DNA of 64,000 bases from Penicillus capitatus (Eukaryota > Plantae > Chlorophyta): positions 1,735,197 through 1,799,196 of the forward strand of contig OZ287694.1 of NCBI GenBank assembly GCA_965649825.1. Direction: 5' to 3'. The stretch's first letter is position 1; each line of letters opens with the position of its first letter. The position numbers and the translations under genes were made by a program. Under the pieces are notes generated by a model. That model was not told the DNA's origin and ran no database searches. It saw only the letters and a list, made by a program, of their open reading frames with translations. Below, one piece after another: positions 21,947-35,851 of this stretch.

Positions 21947-23066
21947 CTTTTGTCGCTGTTGTTCGCATGATACAAACAATGTTCGTTTGGATCTATACAA
22001 ACCTGCATGAATATAAAGATCAGCGCGACGAGTGATAACTTGTTGAAAGGACAGCCGTTTTTTGTGACGAAATGGTGTCGCCTCTGTCTCGGGAGAGGTA
22101 TATACAGAAACAGAGAAAGCAGCAGATGCAGTGGCCCCTGTGACTCTCTTTCGAATTCGGAGCTTCGCAGTGGCTTTCGATTCATACGACAGGTGGCAAA
22201 GTAGCGTGAGATCGTTCGTTTCATTCTCATTCGATCAGTCTTTCTCGACTGTACCAGTCTGCCTAACGGTGATACAGGATGTCGTTTATTACGTACTTCA
22301 GAACTGAGAAGGCGTTGGAGGTGAGAAGTGATTGGAGAATGCGGTGTCGACGGTGTCAAGACGTCACGGCACGCGACGGTAATCGACTGCACAAGGGAAT
22401 TGCTCTTGTCTAGCTCGAGTCGGTGATGCCGACGTCGTCGGCTGTTCAGATTTCTGAAAGACGAAGGTACTAAGTAGTATAGCGGTGTCGACATGTGGGT
22501 GCAACGTCGTATCATTTAGCGTCTAACGTGTTCTGCGTTCCAGCTTCACGTCGTGTCAGGCGTATCGGCCGAATCACGTCACATCTGTTGCCGCCATCGG
22601 AGTGGCTATACTCTGTTTCTGTAAGCATAGAAAGGACAAGAGAAAAAAGCTGTCAGCGGCACACTGACAGGAACAGGAAGCGACGGTTGACGAATCCATG
22701 ACCGGCGGTAAAGGCCATGACTGGGATCAGCGAGAACCGTTGGCGACGGAATGGCGTCTTTGGGCTGGTGCAGATGCGATGACGGGAACGATAGAAGCGA
22801 CCTGCTTTTGTAGACAGTTCGCAACGAAGGCTCAAAATGCGATCATAGTAACCCGACGTCACAGACAAAGCGTTCACCTCCGCTTGACGACGGTTATGAG
22901 TGCGATTGGATTCGCTCACAACGGAGTTTGATCGTTAATAGACACACGCAGAGAAGTGAGCTCAGTAACGTACACTCTCATCGATGTATGTGCATCAGTT
23001 GGCGACTATCTCGAATGATCGTGTGCGTATTGTCAGGGAGATTCTATCCACTCACAAACAGCTCGG

Positions 23067-23629
23067 CTCAATCTCCTCATCGCCATTCTGAGCGACAGCT
23101 TTGACAAGATCAAGTACTGGGAGAAGGAAGAGCTGGTTGTGTGTCGAGCAGAGATCGCGAGCGCCGCCTTCGTCTCAGTCGCGCACGACATCATCGAAAA
23201 GGAATCGTCGAGGCAAGTGCCTGTCACTTCGTTGCTGTCTGTCACGGTTCTGTCTCAGAGGGACGATTTGGAACAAGCTGAAAAACTTGCCACGGTAATT
23301 GTGTACAGAAAGCAAGTCATTCCATACACAGTCTGGCCTCCCTGAAGCCAAGACATCGGTGCAAGTACTTTCACTACTTGGTTCCAATCGACGGGATACG
23401 GAAGAAAAGGAACAGAGAATGGGATGGAAGGATTGAAGAAGTGGCTAAGGGTTTTCGGAGAGAAGTTCAAGAGATCCGCGCAACCGTAGAACTGGCAGAA
23501 AGTGGTTCAATGCGAGGGGCGGCGAAGACGCCGTCGCTGTTTGATCAGACTGCGATCATTGAAAGGAAAATCGAAGAACTGCACAAACAGATGAAAGAGA
23601 TAGGCGACCTTTTATCCCAGACTCAGTAG
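23067..23629 (+). pseudogene. 3' fragment of a TRP-like channel gene
   Basis: LNLLIAILSDSFDKIKYWEKEELVVCRAEIA (S6/TRP helix), then YFHYLVP..REWDGR and a coiled coil; no upstream exons seen. Confidence 0.8.
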
Positions 23630-24234
23630 AACCGATGTCGGCAGCACTTTGAAGAAACAAGTGTTCTCTCGGAAAGCAGTCAGATGAACCGCTGGAGATT
23701 CAGATTTTTGCTTTTTGTCTGTTGTCGATGAGCTTCCGGCAATTGAATGAACTCTTATCCTAACTTGAGAAGGATGTCAAGCATTGGCAGGAATGTGAGT
23801 GAAGGAGTTTGCGGTTTTTGAAGCATTTTCTGCCAGGCTTGTATTGAGTGTATATGCCTTCCTTATTGAACGCTGATCTGTTGACAAATCTCCTGCTGAC
23901 TCTTCATTCAAGCACACAGCCGGCCAGATTCTGTGCTTAAGGTCAAGGAACTGTACGGTTAAAAGATGCATGGAGATTTGTGCGATAAGTGTAGTGATTG
24001 GACTCAGCGACCGGCGTCTGTTCATCCACGACGGGCAATCTCACTCTGCCTTGTCACACCTAGCGTGGATGTCTGTCCCTTCCTCGACGGGAGATTCTAT
24101 CTGACAGCGACGTTGACAGTGTCTGACATCTGACCTGCAAACTGGCAGCTGACGTCTCTTCTTTGTCGTACATCTTTGCGTACGGATCGATTTCATGCGC
24201 ATTCTCTCGTCTGCGCTCGCGTCTCTACAGGGAA

Positions 24235-24510
24235 ATGGTGGACCGCTCCGTCTCCGATATCTTCGACGAGTGGTCCACTCGACGCGGCGCCATTCTCCGC
24301 GCCCTAACGACAGAGTTTCCCTTCCATTCCGTCCTTCTCGCCAAGACTGTGCGTTCTGTAGAGTGGACGAATTCTTTGCCAGTTGTGCACCTCATCGAGA
24401 AGGACTCTGTTTGGGAATCCGGATGGAATCTGGCACGTCTGTCCACCCTTCTACGAAGTCCCACCTGTTATCCCTGAGTGATGCAACGGACTGAATTGTC
24501 CGCTTGATAA
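24235..24510 (+). pseudogene. Alfin-like (PHD-finger family) N-terminal domain pseudogene
   Basis: MVDRSVSDIFDEWSTRRGAILRALTTE|VDEFFASC...LCL, a frameshift, then GNPDGIWHVCPPFYEVPPVIPE*CNGLN. This matches the Alfin consensus RTVEEIF..RRAG..RALT..VEEFY..C...LCLYG.PDG.W.V..P..EVPPELPEP..GIN. Confidence 0.8.
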
Positions 24511-25249
24511 ACCTTGACGTAAGACGCGTCATGCACAACACCTGGTTAAACAACGGTCTGTCACGCTCGACTTGCGAAGTCACATCAAAGAACAAAGGAG
24601 CCGCTGTATCCCGAATCCTCCGAATCCTTTCGTTGCAGAGCTCTGCCTCCAATCAAGACATCAACCTCCGTGCCTTTCTGTAACGAATGCAACATAGCAG
24701 GCAGTGTCTAGGCGGCCGCTGGATTTGATTGATGTGAAGGATGACGGAGCGCATTTCTGCAGAGCCGCTCATTTCGTTGCATACATCTGAGCACGGACAC
24801 CGTGGCGGCCTAGTCAAACTTTCACTATTCGCTATGGAGGCAACAGTTGCGCTCTCTTGGACCTGTGTCTCGTCCGTTCGCGACACGGAACCTGCTACAC
24901 TGTCTCCTCATGCAGGAGAAGACGGTAGCCCCATCTCTCGATAACAGCACGCTTGTCACCGTGAACTGGAATTCGTTGTTCCGTACCGTCGGGAGCAGTC
25001 GGTGGGGACACCTCCCCGTTCTGCTAGAGTCGATGGTCATCGGCGGCGTTGTCGCTTGGTCGGTTTTGAGCCCTCACCTGTCTTTTCGGTCGTGCGCCAA
25101 TCGCTGGCGATGAAGTCATACCTCAGCTGACCGTTGGGCCGTTGCCTGGCCATGACAAAGCGACCTGCGTTTTCACCTGCCATTCTCATTTTTCTTTATC
25201 ATCGCGACTTACTGAAGACTTGTGACCCCGCATTCACCGAACAGCAAAC

Positions 25250-27772
25250 ATTGCACTCACGACGCAGAAATCTGAAGAAGGGGACGGCGAGATACACTTG
25301 TCCGAGCGCAGTACGAACGCACATACGCCAGGTAGACTGACAGGGCCGTTAAGTCGGCTGCATGCTCTTCGTGGCGCATCGCCGTGTCTTCTGTAGGTAT
25401 TGATGATGCTTCTCTCCACATCACCTCCAACCGAGTCGACATCCCCGTGGCGTTCTGGAACGAAGAACAAACAACGAAGTGAATCGTCCACATAACCGTC
25501 TCTGGTAGAGAGCGTATCCGCGCCGCAGATTGATTACCGTATACGGAAGGGAACTCGTCGACGCTGTCAACATCAACGGCGCGCCGCTTCTCTGCGACGC
25601 CATCGCTCAGCAGCAGCTCGACAGCGCATCGCTTTTATTGAAAAACGCAAAGGAGCACGAGATGCTCGTTTATCTCTACAGCGACAGGTGCCCGTCGTTG
25701 GATTGGGCGATCGAGAAGCGCTCCGAGGCCGTGGCGAAGTTTATCCTGGACCACGTGGCAAACCGATCCCTGCCAGTGGAAGAATCTTGCAGTATCCTGA
25801 CTAACTCTACCTGTTCCCCTCATCAAGGAATTCCCTGAGCTGATGGAGGACTACCTCAGGAACGACCGATTCGCCCTCGAGTACGCCCGATTCTCGGTAC
25901 CGCGTTCCCTGATCGAAGCTAACGGTAAGCGACCGATCGCCATGACGACGGACGCGTGTCTGGACGGCTGGCGGAGCTACAACAGTGGAGCAGCGAGGGA
26001 GTTCTGGGCAGAGAACTCTGAGGAGCACAGTACTGAGCTGAAGAGCGCTTCCGATCTTCAGGTCAGAGTGGCTGCCAAGTTTCTCTGCATCGATTAACAC
26101 GCCATTCGCCTGCACGCCTCTGAAGATACGGTCGGCGTGGACAAGCCAAAGGGAAGCTACGTTTGGAATCACATCCTTCTGCTGCTGGCTACGGCGAAGG
26201 TCTCTGTGGAAATCTTCTCATCCGAGTCGCTGACATATACTTTTCCAACTGGCTGTTTTTCTCGCTCTACTTTCGATTCCTCTGGCTCGTTGTGCTGGAC
26301 GTCCTGACGGCGGCGCTCTTCTCGTCCTTTTCGGCGACGTTCGGAATAGGCGAGGACGGTCCAACGAACCTGGAGCGATCCACAATGCGCGTCCTGATCG
26401 CACTGTCCTATGTATTGCCACTGTCTCCCTGGCGATCCGGAATTCCAAGATCAAGTGCGTTCAGCACTCACTCCTCCTCATACGTCGCAGTCTACCGACC
26501 TCTGCGTGCAGGATGCTGAGTATTCTTATCACGTTTGCCATTACGATGCGCGTCATGCTGTCCGACAGACATGAACCCTGGTCTGCCTTCCTGACGTCTA
26601 TCGAATGTATTCTCTGCTGGGTACTGGTGAGACGTTCGAACGTCAAGTTAGGATGTGGTTTGTCTAACCCTGTTTTTTCGCTGTGTGTGCAACCGTAGGT
26701 CATCGTGGCCCTGCTTTCGTTTGACAGGACCGGCCCCTTCATTTCCATGGTCAAGTATGCGTTCAAGGCCGTCGTGCCTTTCTCCGTTCTGGGATCGTTC
26801 GTCCTCCTCGGATTCTCCTTCGCCGTCCAGGTCGTCTTCAGATACAGAAACCACGAGAAGAGTGAGATGAGCGACCACAGCGAGAGCACTTTGGTAAACT
26901 TAAAGACGGGCGACCGTGCAGTAGAACCATCGGTCTGTCACTGCGAAGACGGCGTCAGGATCAATTCCGCTCTGCAAGTGTTCAAGATGCTGTTCCACGC
27001 CTGCATCGGGAACTTCGATGATACGGTGAGCCGACCTCTACGGAGATGGCAGATCTCTGTTGCGTGGTGTAGATGTTTCTCTATAGCGACGATCCGTCGT
27101 TTATTGGCACCTGGAGGATCTTTCTCTTCGACGCCTTTGTGTTTGTCGGCGGAATTGTCCTCATCAGTTTGCTGGTCGCGATCTTGAGCGATACCTTCGA
27201 CAGCGTCAAGTACACAGAGAAGGCAGAGCTGGTGAAGTGCCGAGCAGAAATGGCAGGCTCGGCACTGTTCTTCGTCGCACGTCACATCGTTCACTTCGAA
27301 GAAAGAAGCAGGCAAGCATCCACGCACGCGCTAGAAAGGCAGCAACCGTCGCGCAGGTCAACGACTTGCTGGCAGAAGATCAAAGAGGCGACGGCGCGGT
27401 GTGCACTCAACGTCAACGATTCGTTTCATAGACTGCATTCTCTCAAGCCTGGTTATCGACGCAGGTATTTTCACCTGGTGCCCCTCGACGAGACAGGAGC
27501 CGAGCAGACCAGATGGGAAGGCAGAATGATCCAGTTCAAAGAGGACGCTGAAGAAAGAGATGCGCCAGAGGTTTAGCACACTGGAAGAGCGCGTGAAGGC
27601 TCTGCACGAAGACGGTGACGCTTCTAAAGGTCGCCGTAAACGCATGTCCTCGTGCCGAGTGGAAGAAGACATCGATTCGGCTACGCGAGGGGAGAGGATC
27701 GAAGACGAGCTCAGTGATATGCAAACGAAACTGGAGGAGCTGTTGTCTCTGGCAAAGCGAACATCGGTTTAG
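25250..27772 (+). pseudogene. TRP-like channel pseudogene 'TRP-E'
   Basis: Full set of family motifs (NGAPLLCDAIAQQQLDSA, DRFALEYARF, TGPFISMV, GNFD, LISLLVAILSDTFDSVK, YFHLVP). Frameshifts near 25805, 26230 and 27550, and an in-frame TAA at about 26095. Confidence 0.82.
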
Positions 27773-28506
27773 TACTCCGTGAGTAAACTGTTTTGGATTC
27801 AGTCTTTGTATTCTATCCGCCGCTTTGTTTCATTCAGGAAGAGGAATTTCGTGCGTTTTGTAGTGGGTGGCGTTTTCTGTGATTACGAAGGACAGGTAGT
27901 ATGCGACGTTCCGTGGGTGGTCTCTCATGTTCATTATCAAAACTTGTTTCGTGCTTTCACATCTCTCTACAAAACGCTCATTCTCGAGTGGCTTCACGTT
28001 TTCATGATTCGTTTTGTCATATTTCATTTTGAAGAACAAAGTTTCACGAGGAACTGTGGGGTTGGGCAAGGTAGATTCGCATGGACTGATGTGATGGACA
28101 AGCAGGGAAGTGTTCTTTGTGTGGTATCTCGCCTCCGCTGTTTAGAAGCACGATCAATCGATGATTTCTCTAAAATCGTAGAAATCCCCATAGAGCGTTG
28201 CGTTTATTGATGTTCATTCAAAGTGTATCGCTGCTGTTTTGATACTTTCACTGAAGAGATTGTCTGAATGCCATTGAGAACACATGGGTCGTGTTCATCT
28301 GTCGAAGGAACAATGTGTGATAGATCATTCTGGCTGACCTGTAACATCGTGAAACTCGCAACCGGTTGCGCCAAAGAGATTGTTTAGAAAATGGTGAATA
28401 GATGAATGCTGCGCCGTCAGTCGGAGTCATCGACCGAACGTCTTCATTTTTCTTTGTGTTCGAAGATAGTTTCTCTTTCCAACAGCCCAGTGGATGAAAA
28501 AGAGTA

Positions 28507-31021
28507 ATGTCTTCAACGCATCAAGAAATTACCGAGGAAATGGAAAGTTTATTACCTGCGGAGCACGAAAGCTATTCCGCGACGTCTTCTTTTCGGCAGC
28601 AAGATGGCGCACCAGGTCAAGAACCAACATTAGCGACGGAAACCAAAGAAAAGAAACAACCAGAAGGGAAGACAACGAAGAGTGAGTGAAAATCCCACCT
28701 CTTCTCCATCCCCCGTCGCGGAGATGACGGTTGCGTGCTGCCATAGATGACGGCGGCGCCGTCTCCGGCGAAACGAGACAATGGTTTCTTGAGCCTCCGT
28801 CAGAGTGGACATTGGAGAGCACCATGCGGTAAACACCGTTTCATCTTCTGCATGGTTGCTTAACCGTCTTACAAACTGGACAGACTTATCTCTGACCATG
28901 AAACGCGCATCGTCCATGCTGTCGATGTAGACGGAAAGCCGATTTTCTGGAATGCTTTGGAACGAGACCGACTCGACTGTGCAAACATACTCCTGGATCA
29001 TGCAAAAAACATCGGGTCACCTGTGACGTTCGAATGCAGAAACGGTGATCTTTTGTCCCAGGCCATCACCAACGGATCTGATACTCATGTCGAATTCGTT
29101 CTGGACAAACTGACAGGAAAGTATACGACAATGGCAGAGACAATGGAACTATTACAGAACCATCTACCAGAATTGTTCTCTCAATTCCCAAAGATCACAC
29201 TTCGTTTCTTGAAAGAAGATAGATTTACAACGGAGTATGCCAGATTTAAAGCACCAAAAGATCTATTCGGCAGAAACGGAAAGACTTCAATTGGGATGTC
29301 TATTGATCACCATCCAAAAAGCTGGGCCATAGATAGCAGCGCAGCAAAGGATCTCTGGATTCAGAAAAGTAAGTATGGCGAGAAATTGTCAGACACGGCA
29401 GGCCAGAAGATCACAGTAGTTGCAAAGTTCTCATTCATTCGTCCTGGGAAACTGCTTGACCTTCACGGTCACGGGTACGTCCATAGTAGCGTTCGACTGA
29501 ATTAAAGTGTCTTGCAACAGTTTAGAGAGTCCGTTAAAGTATCTTCTTGGCATAGCGGAGGCTGGAGAAATTTTTAAGTCAAAGACAATCAGAATTTATA
29601 TCGATTGGTTGTTTGGCTGCCGTCGTAACCTCTGTTTGCTGGGTGTCCTCTTGGATGTTGTGGTCGCCGCAACTTTCACAACCTTTGCCATTCTATACAG
29701 ACAACAAAGCGGTGATGCTGCGACATTACAACGTGGAACTGTGATAGCACTTATAACAGTGCCATGCCTTGCGAATTTATGGGCAATCTTCATCTCTGTG
29801 TCGATACTGAGGTAATGCATACCAACGATCGTAATTCATCTGTCGCTTTGGCTTTTGCATTACAGGATCATTATGTTCATCATCGACCCTGTGCTCCTCT
29901 TACACGCATGCATCACGGACCATCATACCACCTTCTCTGCTTTCATATCATCTGTTGGATGCATCCTTCGCTGGATCGTGGTAAGATTCATCTAAGAATC
30001 CTTTTCCTACACTCTTCAGTAACGCGATGTTTTTGTCGATCAGTTCTTTCGGACCCTTCGACCATTCGGTCGATTGGGACCCTTTGTTTCGATGGTGGGC
30101 TATGCAGTGAAGGACTCTCTGCCTTTTGCGATGATGGGTTGTCTACTGATGCTCGGATATTCCGCAGCGTTCATGGTTCTCTTCGACGGTGGATTTGGAG
30201 ACGGCGACGGAGACAATTTCAACACCTTTCCACATGCGCTCGAGACACTCTTCCATGCTGGTTTCGGGGACTTTGAAACAGATGTGAGTTCTTTACTCAC
30301 AACTCCTGTCATCATCCAGTGTGCTTCTCCTGGCGCAGATGCTTCGCCCATCCAACGACTTTCTTACAATCTGGAGGATTTTGCTGTTTATCTCCTTTGT
30401 GTATGTCGGACCTATTGTGCTCATGAGTCTGCTGGTGTCTATCTTGACCGATACCCACGACAGAGTTCGGTCAAAGGAGAAGGTAGAACAGGCGATGTAC
30501 CGACTGCATGCAGTGGGTGACTGCGCTGTGCGTGCTGTGTTTATTAATTGGTAAGATCAATCAAAGATGAGAGAGGGAGTTGTCATCTATGAATATGTTT
30601 TGGTTAGGTTGCGTGAGAGTAAACAATGCGACGCATTCAGCAGTTCATGGATATATAACACTCTATTTCGGGAAACATGTGAAAAATACACTGAAACCAT
30701 GGAACGCAAGAACCATTATTTTCATTATCTGGTCCCTCAAGACACTGAAGACGAATCTTCTGACGAAGAGTGGCATGGAAGACTCCTCGCACTCGAAAGG
30801 ACCATCCATTCTAAAGCGGGAAAGAACGAGAAAGCCCTTGCAGGTCAACTCATTTCCCAAAGCCAAAGGTCTGTCCATTGACGCCGTGTTGTTCAGAGAT
30901 AAGCCAAAAAACAATGGACGAGTTTTTTGCAATCTTCAACAGAATGAGAAAGATGAAAGAAAACATGGATGAGATGAAAACCGCTCTTGACCAAATCCTT
31001 CAGAAGCTCGCCAAACCTTGA
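28507..31021 (+). CDS. TRP-like cation channel 'TRP-D' (apparently intact; inverted paralog of TRP-C)
   Basis: All exons splice in frame; pore FNTFPHALETLFHAGFGDFE, S6 LMSLLVSILTDTHDRVRSKEK and a short tail ending EMKTALDQILQKLAKP*. Confidence 0.88.
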
Positions 31022-31993
31022 ACCGATTTCGACTGGACGAATCCTTTCCATGGACATCAATTTGCTTTACTCCGACGTTTCTCCTTCGTTCTGTTTTTAT
31101 TTTTAAGCTTGTGTGTTTCGTAAGAAGCTGTCACTGACATGTCCAATAGCGTTATCGCACTTTGACTACGCTGATTAGGACATCGGAATAGCTTCCCATT
31201 AGATTCCTTGTCGTCATCTATTTCATTGTTTCTTGCATTATTCACGGCGAAAACATCCGCCACACGAATCCTTAGTGATATTACCTGGGAAAGAAACGAA
31301 CGAAGGGCAATCAGTTCGTTGTGGCAATGTACGCAAGAGTTGTCTGAGTGGAGCGTATGCGAAATGCCGTCGCCGGATCTCCCGTTAGTTAATCAAGACC
31401 TCTGCGAGTTCCATCCATCGCTGCATGCTGAATGAAGACGAACTCGATCCTGTAGAGAGGTATATTGAGACTTCGTAGGCAGAGAAGCTACTGCTGTGAC
31501 CGTTCGTGTTTCAAGCGTTGCGCCTATGGTTTTACATCGCGCTGCACTCTGGAGCTTCATTGGTGATGCGAAGATCTACGTGATGTACTTTGCTTCCGTC
31601 GCTCAGTAGGCAATCCCTCTGTCTCCGAATGAAGCTCCAGAGTGCGGAGCGTTGCTCTGTATTTGTGCGAACTATGTCCCTCTGTTGTGCATCTCTTCGT
31701 TCGACGAGCTGGAGAGAGCAAAACAGTGATGAAGGGACTGTATCGTCAAGGTCAAAGCAAATCTTTTGAAGGAAACGCCGTTTCCTCTGTATCGGCGTGC
31801 GTCCTGGTGCGGGCGTCGTACTCCAATGTGGCTCATGCCTGAGAATCAAAGCGTCGATAATCGACCAAATCATCTGCCACTGATAAAAGGACTGGTTCAT
31901 GACACGGCGTGACATTCATTGTAATCTGGAGACATCGAAAACAGCAACGTCTCCCAACAGGAGGTTTTTGATCGATATGTTCTTCTATCCTTA

Positions 31994-33188
31994 TTAGATC
32001 TTTGTCTGCGTTCCTTGGAAGAGAATGGTCCCGTCTGCTTCGTCCACAATAAAATACAGAAAAGGACGGTCGACAGTGATATTGAACAAAGGAGGAGGGA
32101 ATCGATAACATCTTTGACGACTATATACAGTCACTGCTGCCGCTTCCGTACCCTACAAGCAACTTCATACATCACAGGGGTAACAAAAAGTCGTTCGACT
32201 TCTTCGTCTACTATGATCTTGGCTTTGTGAATGACTTTAGAGATCGCCAACGGTGCATCCAGTGCGATTGCAGAGAAATCTGCCCCAAGAGAGAAGGCTG
32301 TCGACAGGCCGAGCTTGACAAGCATATCACTGAGCGACTCGAGCGTCTGCTCCATTTCCCACTTGGGCAGCTTGAGGTCAACTTTCTTCTCGACGAATCC
32401 GCCGCCAAACAGTGATCCGATGTGATTCGAGAGATCCTGTTCTGCTTTCTTCCATCCGTCGAGCTTGTTCGGCAGCAACAGATACATCATGAATGCATGG
32501 CCGTCGTATGGCATGCCAAACACAAGAGCGTCCAACTCAGCCACCTCCTTGACGCGAAAACTTTCTTCGCGCAAGGACATGAAGGGCACCGTCTGGTCGC
32601 CGCCGACGGCGTGGAAGGTGCCATCTCTTGTCGCCTGTTTAGGGAAACGCGTCTTCCAGGTGCCCTTGAAGTAGAGGGCGTTGACGACGACGAGGACCAT
32701 TACGGGCGAGAGAGCTCCGGGCGGAATGACATTCGGAATCAGCCCTGCCGTTTTCGAACTGACCCACGCGTTGATTCGAACACGGACGTCTTCGGCGGCT
32801 CGATCAAAATCCACCGATTCGACGTTGGCCGACCCGATGCTCGACACGTATTGTTTCCTGAGTTTCACAGACTCTTCGACGTAGATGCGGTTCGCCATCT
32901 TCGCGACGGAACCGCCCGAGTACTTCGTCATTTTGGCGAAAAGGCCTCGACGAACGCCCTTATCCTAGATATGCGTCCTCAACAGTCGTACGGCAGGGAG
33001 AGCGTACGTACATTAAAGTTGAAGAGTGTCTCGAGTTCGGTCTTAGTTTTGCCGCGAGAGCCGTTGTGAGCGAGGAGGAAGCATGCGGCTATGGACAAGG
33101 GAGAGAAGATAAGGTTATCGTCGACGTGCTGCTGTCGCCATTCCGACAGGAGCTTCTGCCCGAAAACGTTTACCGAATTCGAATTCAT
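31994..33188 (-). CDS. Serpin 2 (three exons; inverted paralog of serpin 1)
   Basis: NLIFSPLSI, NALYFKGTW, DEE|GTEAAAVT hinge, RCL TVYSRQRCYRFPPP, then VDRPFLYFI...TQTKI*. Confidence 0.93.
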
Positions 33189-34741
33189 CGTCGCGACAGA
33201 GAAAAATTTGCTGCCGAAATCCACGAAAGCTTTCATGATGAGTAAGGTTGACTTGGGAGAAACGCCGCCGCGTAAGGAATGCCTGCGAACGAGTTATGGA
33301 GACGAATAACAGCCGCGACAGCCGTCTTTGTAACCCGTTTCTGACGTGACCCGGAAGCTAGTAGGTCTCCCACATGACGCGAGAACGTAGCTGTCAGCTG
33401 TTCTTCATTTCTACAGTGACAAACGGAAAGCAAAACCGCCGCTCTTCCTCAAGATCTCCTCATTTCTTCCCAGTCAGTTGCGCAACGGCGACGCGTTTGC
33501 TGCGGTGTTCGACAAGTGTCGGAAAGCATCAAACAGAGATTTACAAAGACGCAGGCAGGGCCGTTTCTCGGCAACGGCCATACATCAACAAATAGGCTAC
33601 TCATTCATCCAAGTCAAATCAAAATGACATACACACGACGTGGGCCACCAAATCCCTGCGCCTCCGAAAATCCCAAACAAAGAAAACAAATAAACAAACA
33701 GAACGGAGGGATCAAATCACTTTCAGCTCGTATCATAGTATCGACGCAGTTGATGGGCACGAACGCGTCAGATGAGACGGCCAGTTTGCTTGTGTCTTAT
33801 GTCCCAAATGAAACGCGATTCTCTAGTGACACACTCACAAGGACCACCATCCCACAATGCAGAAAAGGGCTTCGGCGACCGGTGATTTGGCGACATCTTC
33901 CCCACGACAAGATCTCCTTCCAAAGGGTCGTCGACGGCGTTCCGCTTACGGAAACGACATCCTTCGTATTCTTGATCCTTCCGAGTGTTTTCGATCGCCT
34001 TGCGGCTCAATTCTTGCAGCGTTCCCTTCGTCACGACCTCTCCCGTTATTCGACAACAGAACACCAACTCGTTTGGAGAAAGGAGGTAACCCTGTGGACA
34101 GAGTCGTTGATCAGGTTGGTGGCGGACGCGACATTCTTGGTCCACGAAGTTGGGGATGCTGTGAAGAACTCCCTCCAGCCGCCTCACTCTCCACATTCCC
34201 GAGGATTTCCTCGGCGTGGACCCGTATCTCCCCATCGCCGGCGCGACGGCGGAGAGGTTGGCGTGGGGAGTGAGCGTCTGAATCGTCTCCGGGTTAACCC
34301 ATCTCACAAGCGCAGCGGAAGTCTTGGAGTTAGATGAGGATGGGCGAGAGTTGGAGGCCGCACCAACAGTCTTGCAGCGAAGAGACGACTTGTTACAATC
34401 GATGGTAGACAACGAATGTTTTGTAAGACAGAAACGGATATTGTCGCGCGGAGGCGCCGAACGAAAACGAACTACAGCGGAAGACTTACAAGTGTTCGAA
34501 GCAAGGCGAAAATACGTTCAGATTGTTCATTTTATACTTGCGCGATGACGCGACTTGACGAGGTAGATGAATCACCCTAGCCTCAGAACCAGAGAAAATG
34601 GCCTTGGGTGATTCAACCAAGACCCCCCGGGATGTGGCCTCCTCAGAAACGAGTCAGCGTCACATCGCTCGGCGACACCACGCTTCCCGCCAACTCCGAA
34701 AAACAAGTAAAGCAAACCCCCACGAAAACAACAGAATGAAA

Positions 34742-35851
34742 TCAGTCTATGCCCGAGGTGAATCGTCGCAGCGCCGAGAAAATGGTCCATCCCGAAGATG
34801 ATGATGCTTCTGTGTTTGGTTCCCCCGCTCTCTGCTGCGCATCCGATATCGTCGGATCCACTGACTCGACCGCATTAATCCGCGCTTGCGGACAGTCCTT
34901 TGCCAGATGCCCCTTGCATCGGCACACATAACATATCCGATTGCGCTTGATGGCACCTCCGCCATCATCTGCCGCGTCGGTTGCTCTCGCCCGTCGTCGG
35001 CGCGGGAACCGCCCAATGTCGTGCAAAACGCGCTTCATCTGATGCAACGTCTTCACGGTTCTCCGTCCTTCTGCCGGTCTTGTCGTCATCAACTCAGCCG
35101 TCCTTTCGCCGTTCGTCCGTACGGTTTCCTGCAGAGTCTTCACCTCGGCGGCCAAAGACTGTAGACATGGCACCAAATCAGGTGCCGAAATAAACTTTTT
35201 CTTCGCCTCTGTAAAGGCGGCATCAGTCTCTCTAAGCTTCTCATGGAGAGAGGAGGCTTCCACGCGTGCCTCGTTTGCATCTTGCTGTGCCTTGACGCTG
35301 CCTTGCTGCGCCTCGGCAAGATCCTGTTGCAGCCTCGCATTCGCCCCCGATAACCGTTCGTTTTTCACATTCACTTCTTCCCACGCTTGCGCAGCCAAGG
35401 CGTTTTGTTGCAGCCCCTGCTCAAACTCCCGGTACAGCTCGTCGTGGAGATCTTTCCACCGTTCGCTCTCCTTGACCGCGTTAGCACATGCCGTCTGCGC
35501 TTCAGACGCGCTTCGCTGTTCGCGCCGTAGCTGCTGTTGTAGCTGTTCTCTCTCCTCGCGCAGTCGTCTCGTCGTCGCTTGCAACTCGCGCCTCTCTTGC
35601 AGCCTCGGGCAAACGTAGCGGACAAAATCGCACATGTCGAGGAGATCCACCAAGAAACACTCGTCCTCTGTCCTGGACCAACCATCCGGCAATATCCACG
35701 TTCTCCGCCCGCGAAGTCTGGGGCAGAGCCCCTCGTCTTCGCGACAGTAGACGAGGAAACTTTCAAGGCACCCGTAGATACCGTAAATCCCGCTTCTGTT
35801 TTCCTCCCACCGTCCTTGCCCCGTTCTTCTTTCTCGTCGTGCTTGGCTCAT
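34742..35851 (-). CDS. Gag-like protein: long coiled coil plus one CCHC zinc knuckle
   Basis: Uninterrupted 369-aa ORF; heptad-rich central region; CYVCRCKGHLAKDC (CX2CX4HX4C). Confidence 0.85.
   Translation of the reverse strand: MSQARRERRTGQGRWEENRSGIYGIYGCLESFLVYCREDEGLCPRLRGRRTWILPDGWSRTEDECFLVDLLDMCDFVRYVCPRLQERRELQATTRRLREEREQLQQQLRREQRSASEAQTACANAVKESERWKDLHDELYREFEQGLQQNALAAQAWEEVNVKNERLSGANARLQQDLAEAQQGSVKAQQDANEARVEASSLHEKLRETDAAFTEAKKKFISAPDLVPCLQSLAAEVKTLQETVRTNGERTAELMTTRPAEGRRTVKTLHQMKRVLHDIGRFPRRRRARATDAADDGGGAIKRNRICYVCRCKGHLAKDCPQARINAVESVDPTISDAQQRAGEPNTEASSSSGWTIFSALRRFTSGID

Noticed and set aside
33516-34337. 273-aa plus-strand ORF
   Set aside because: Antisense to the Gypsy integrase C-terminus and LTR; no independent features.
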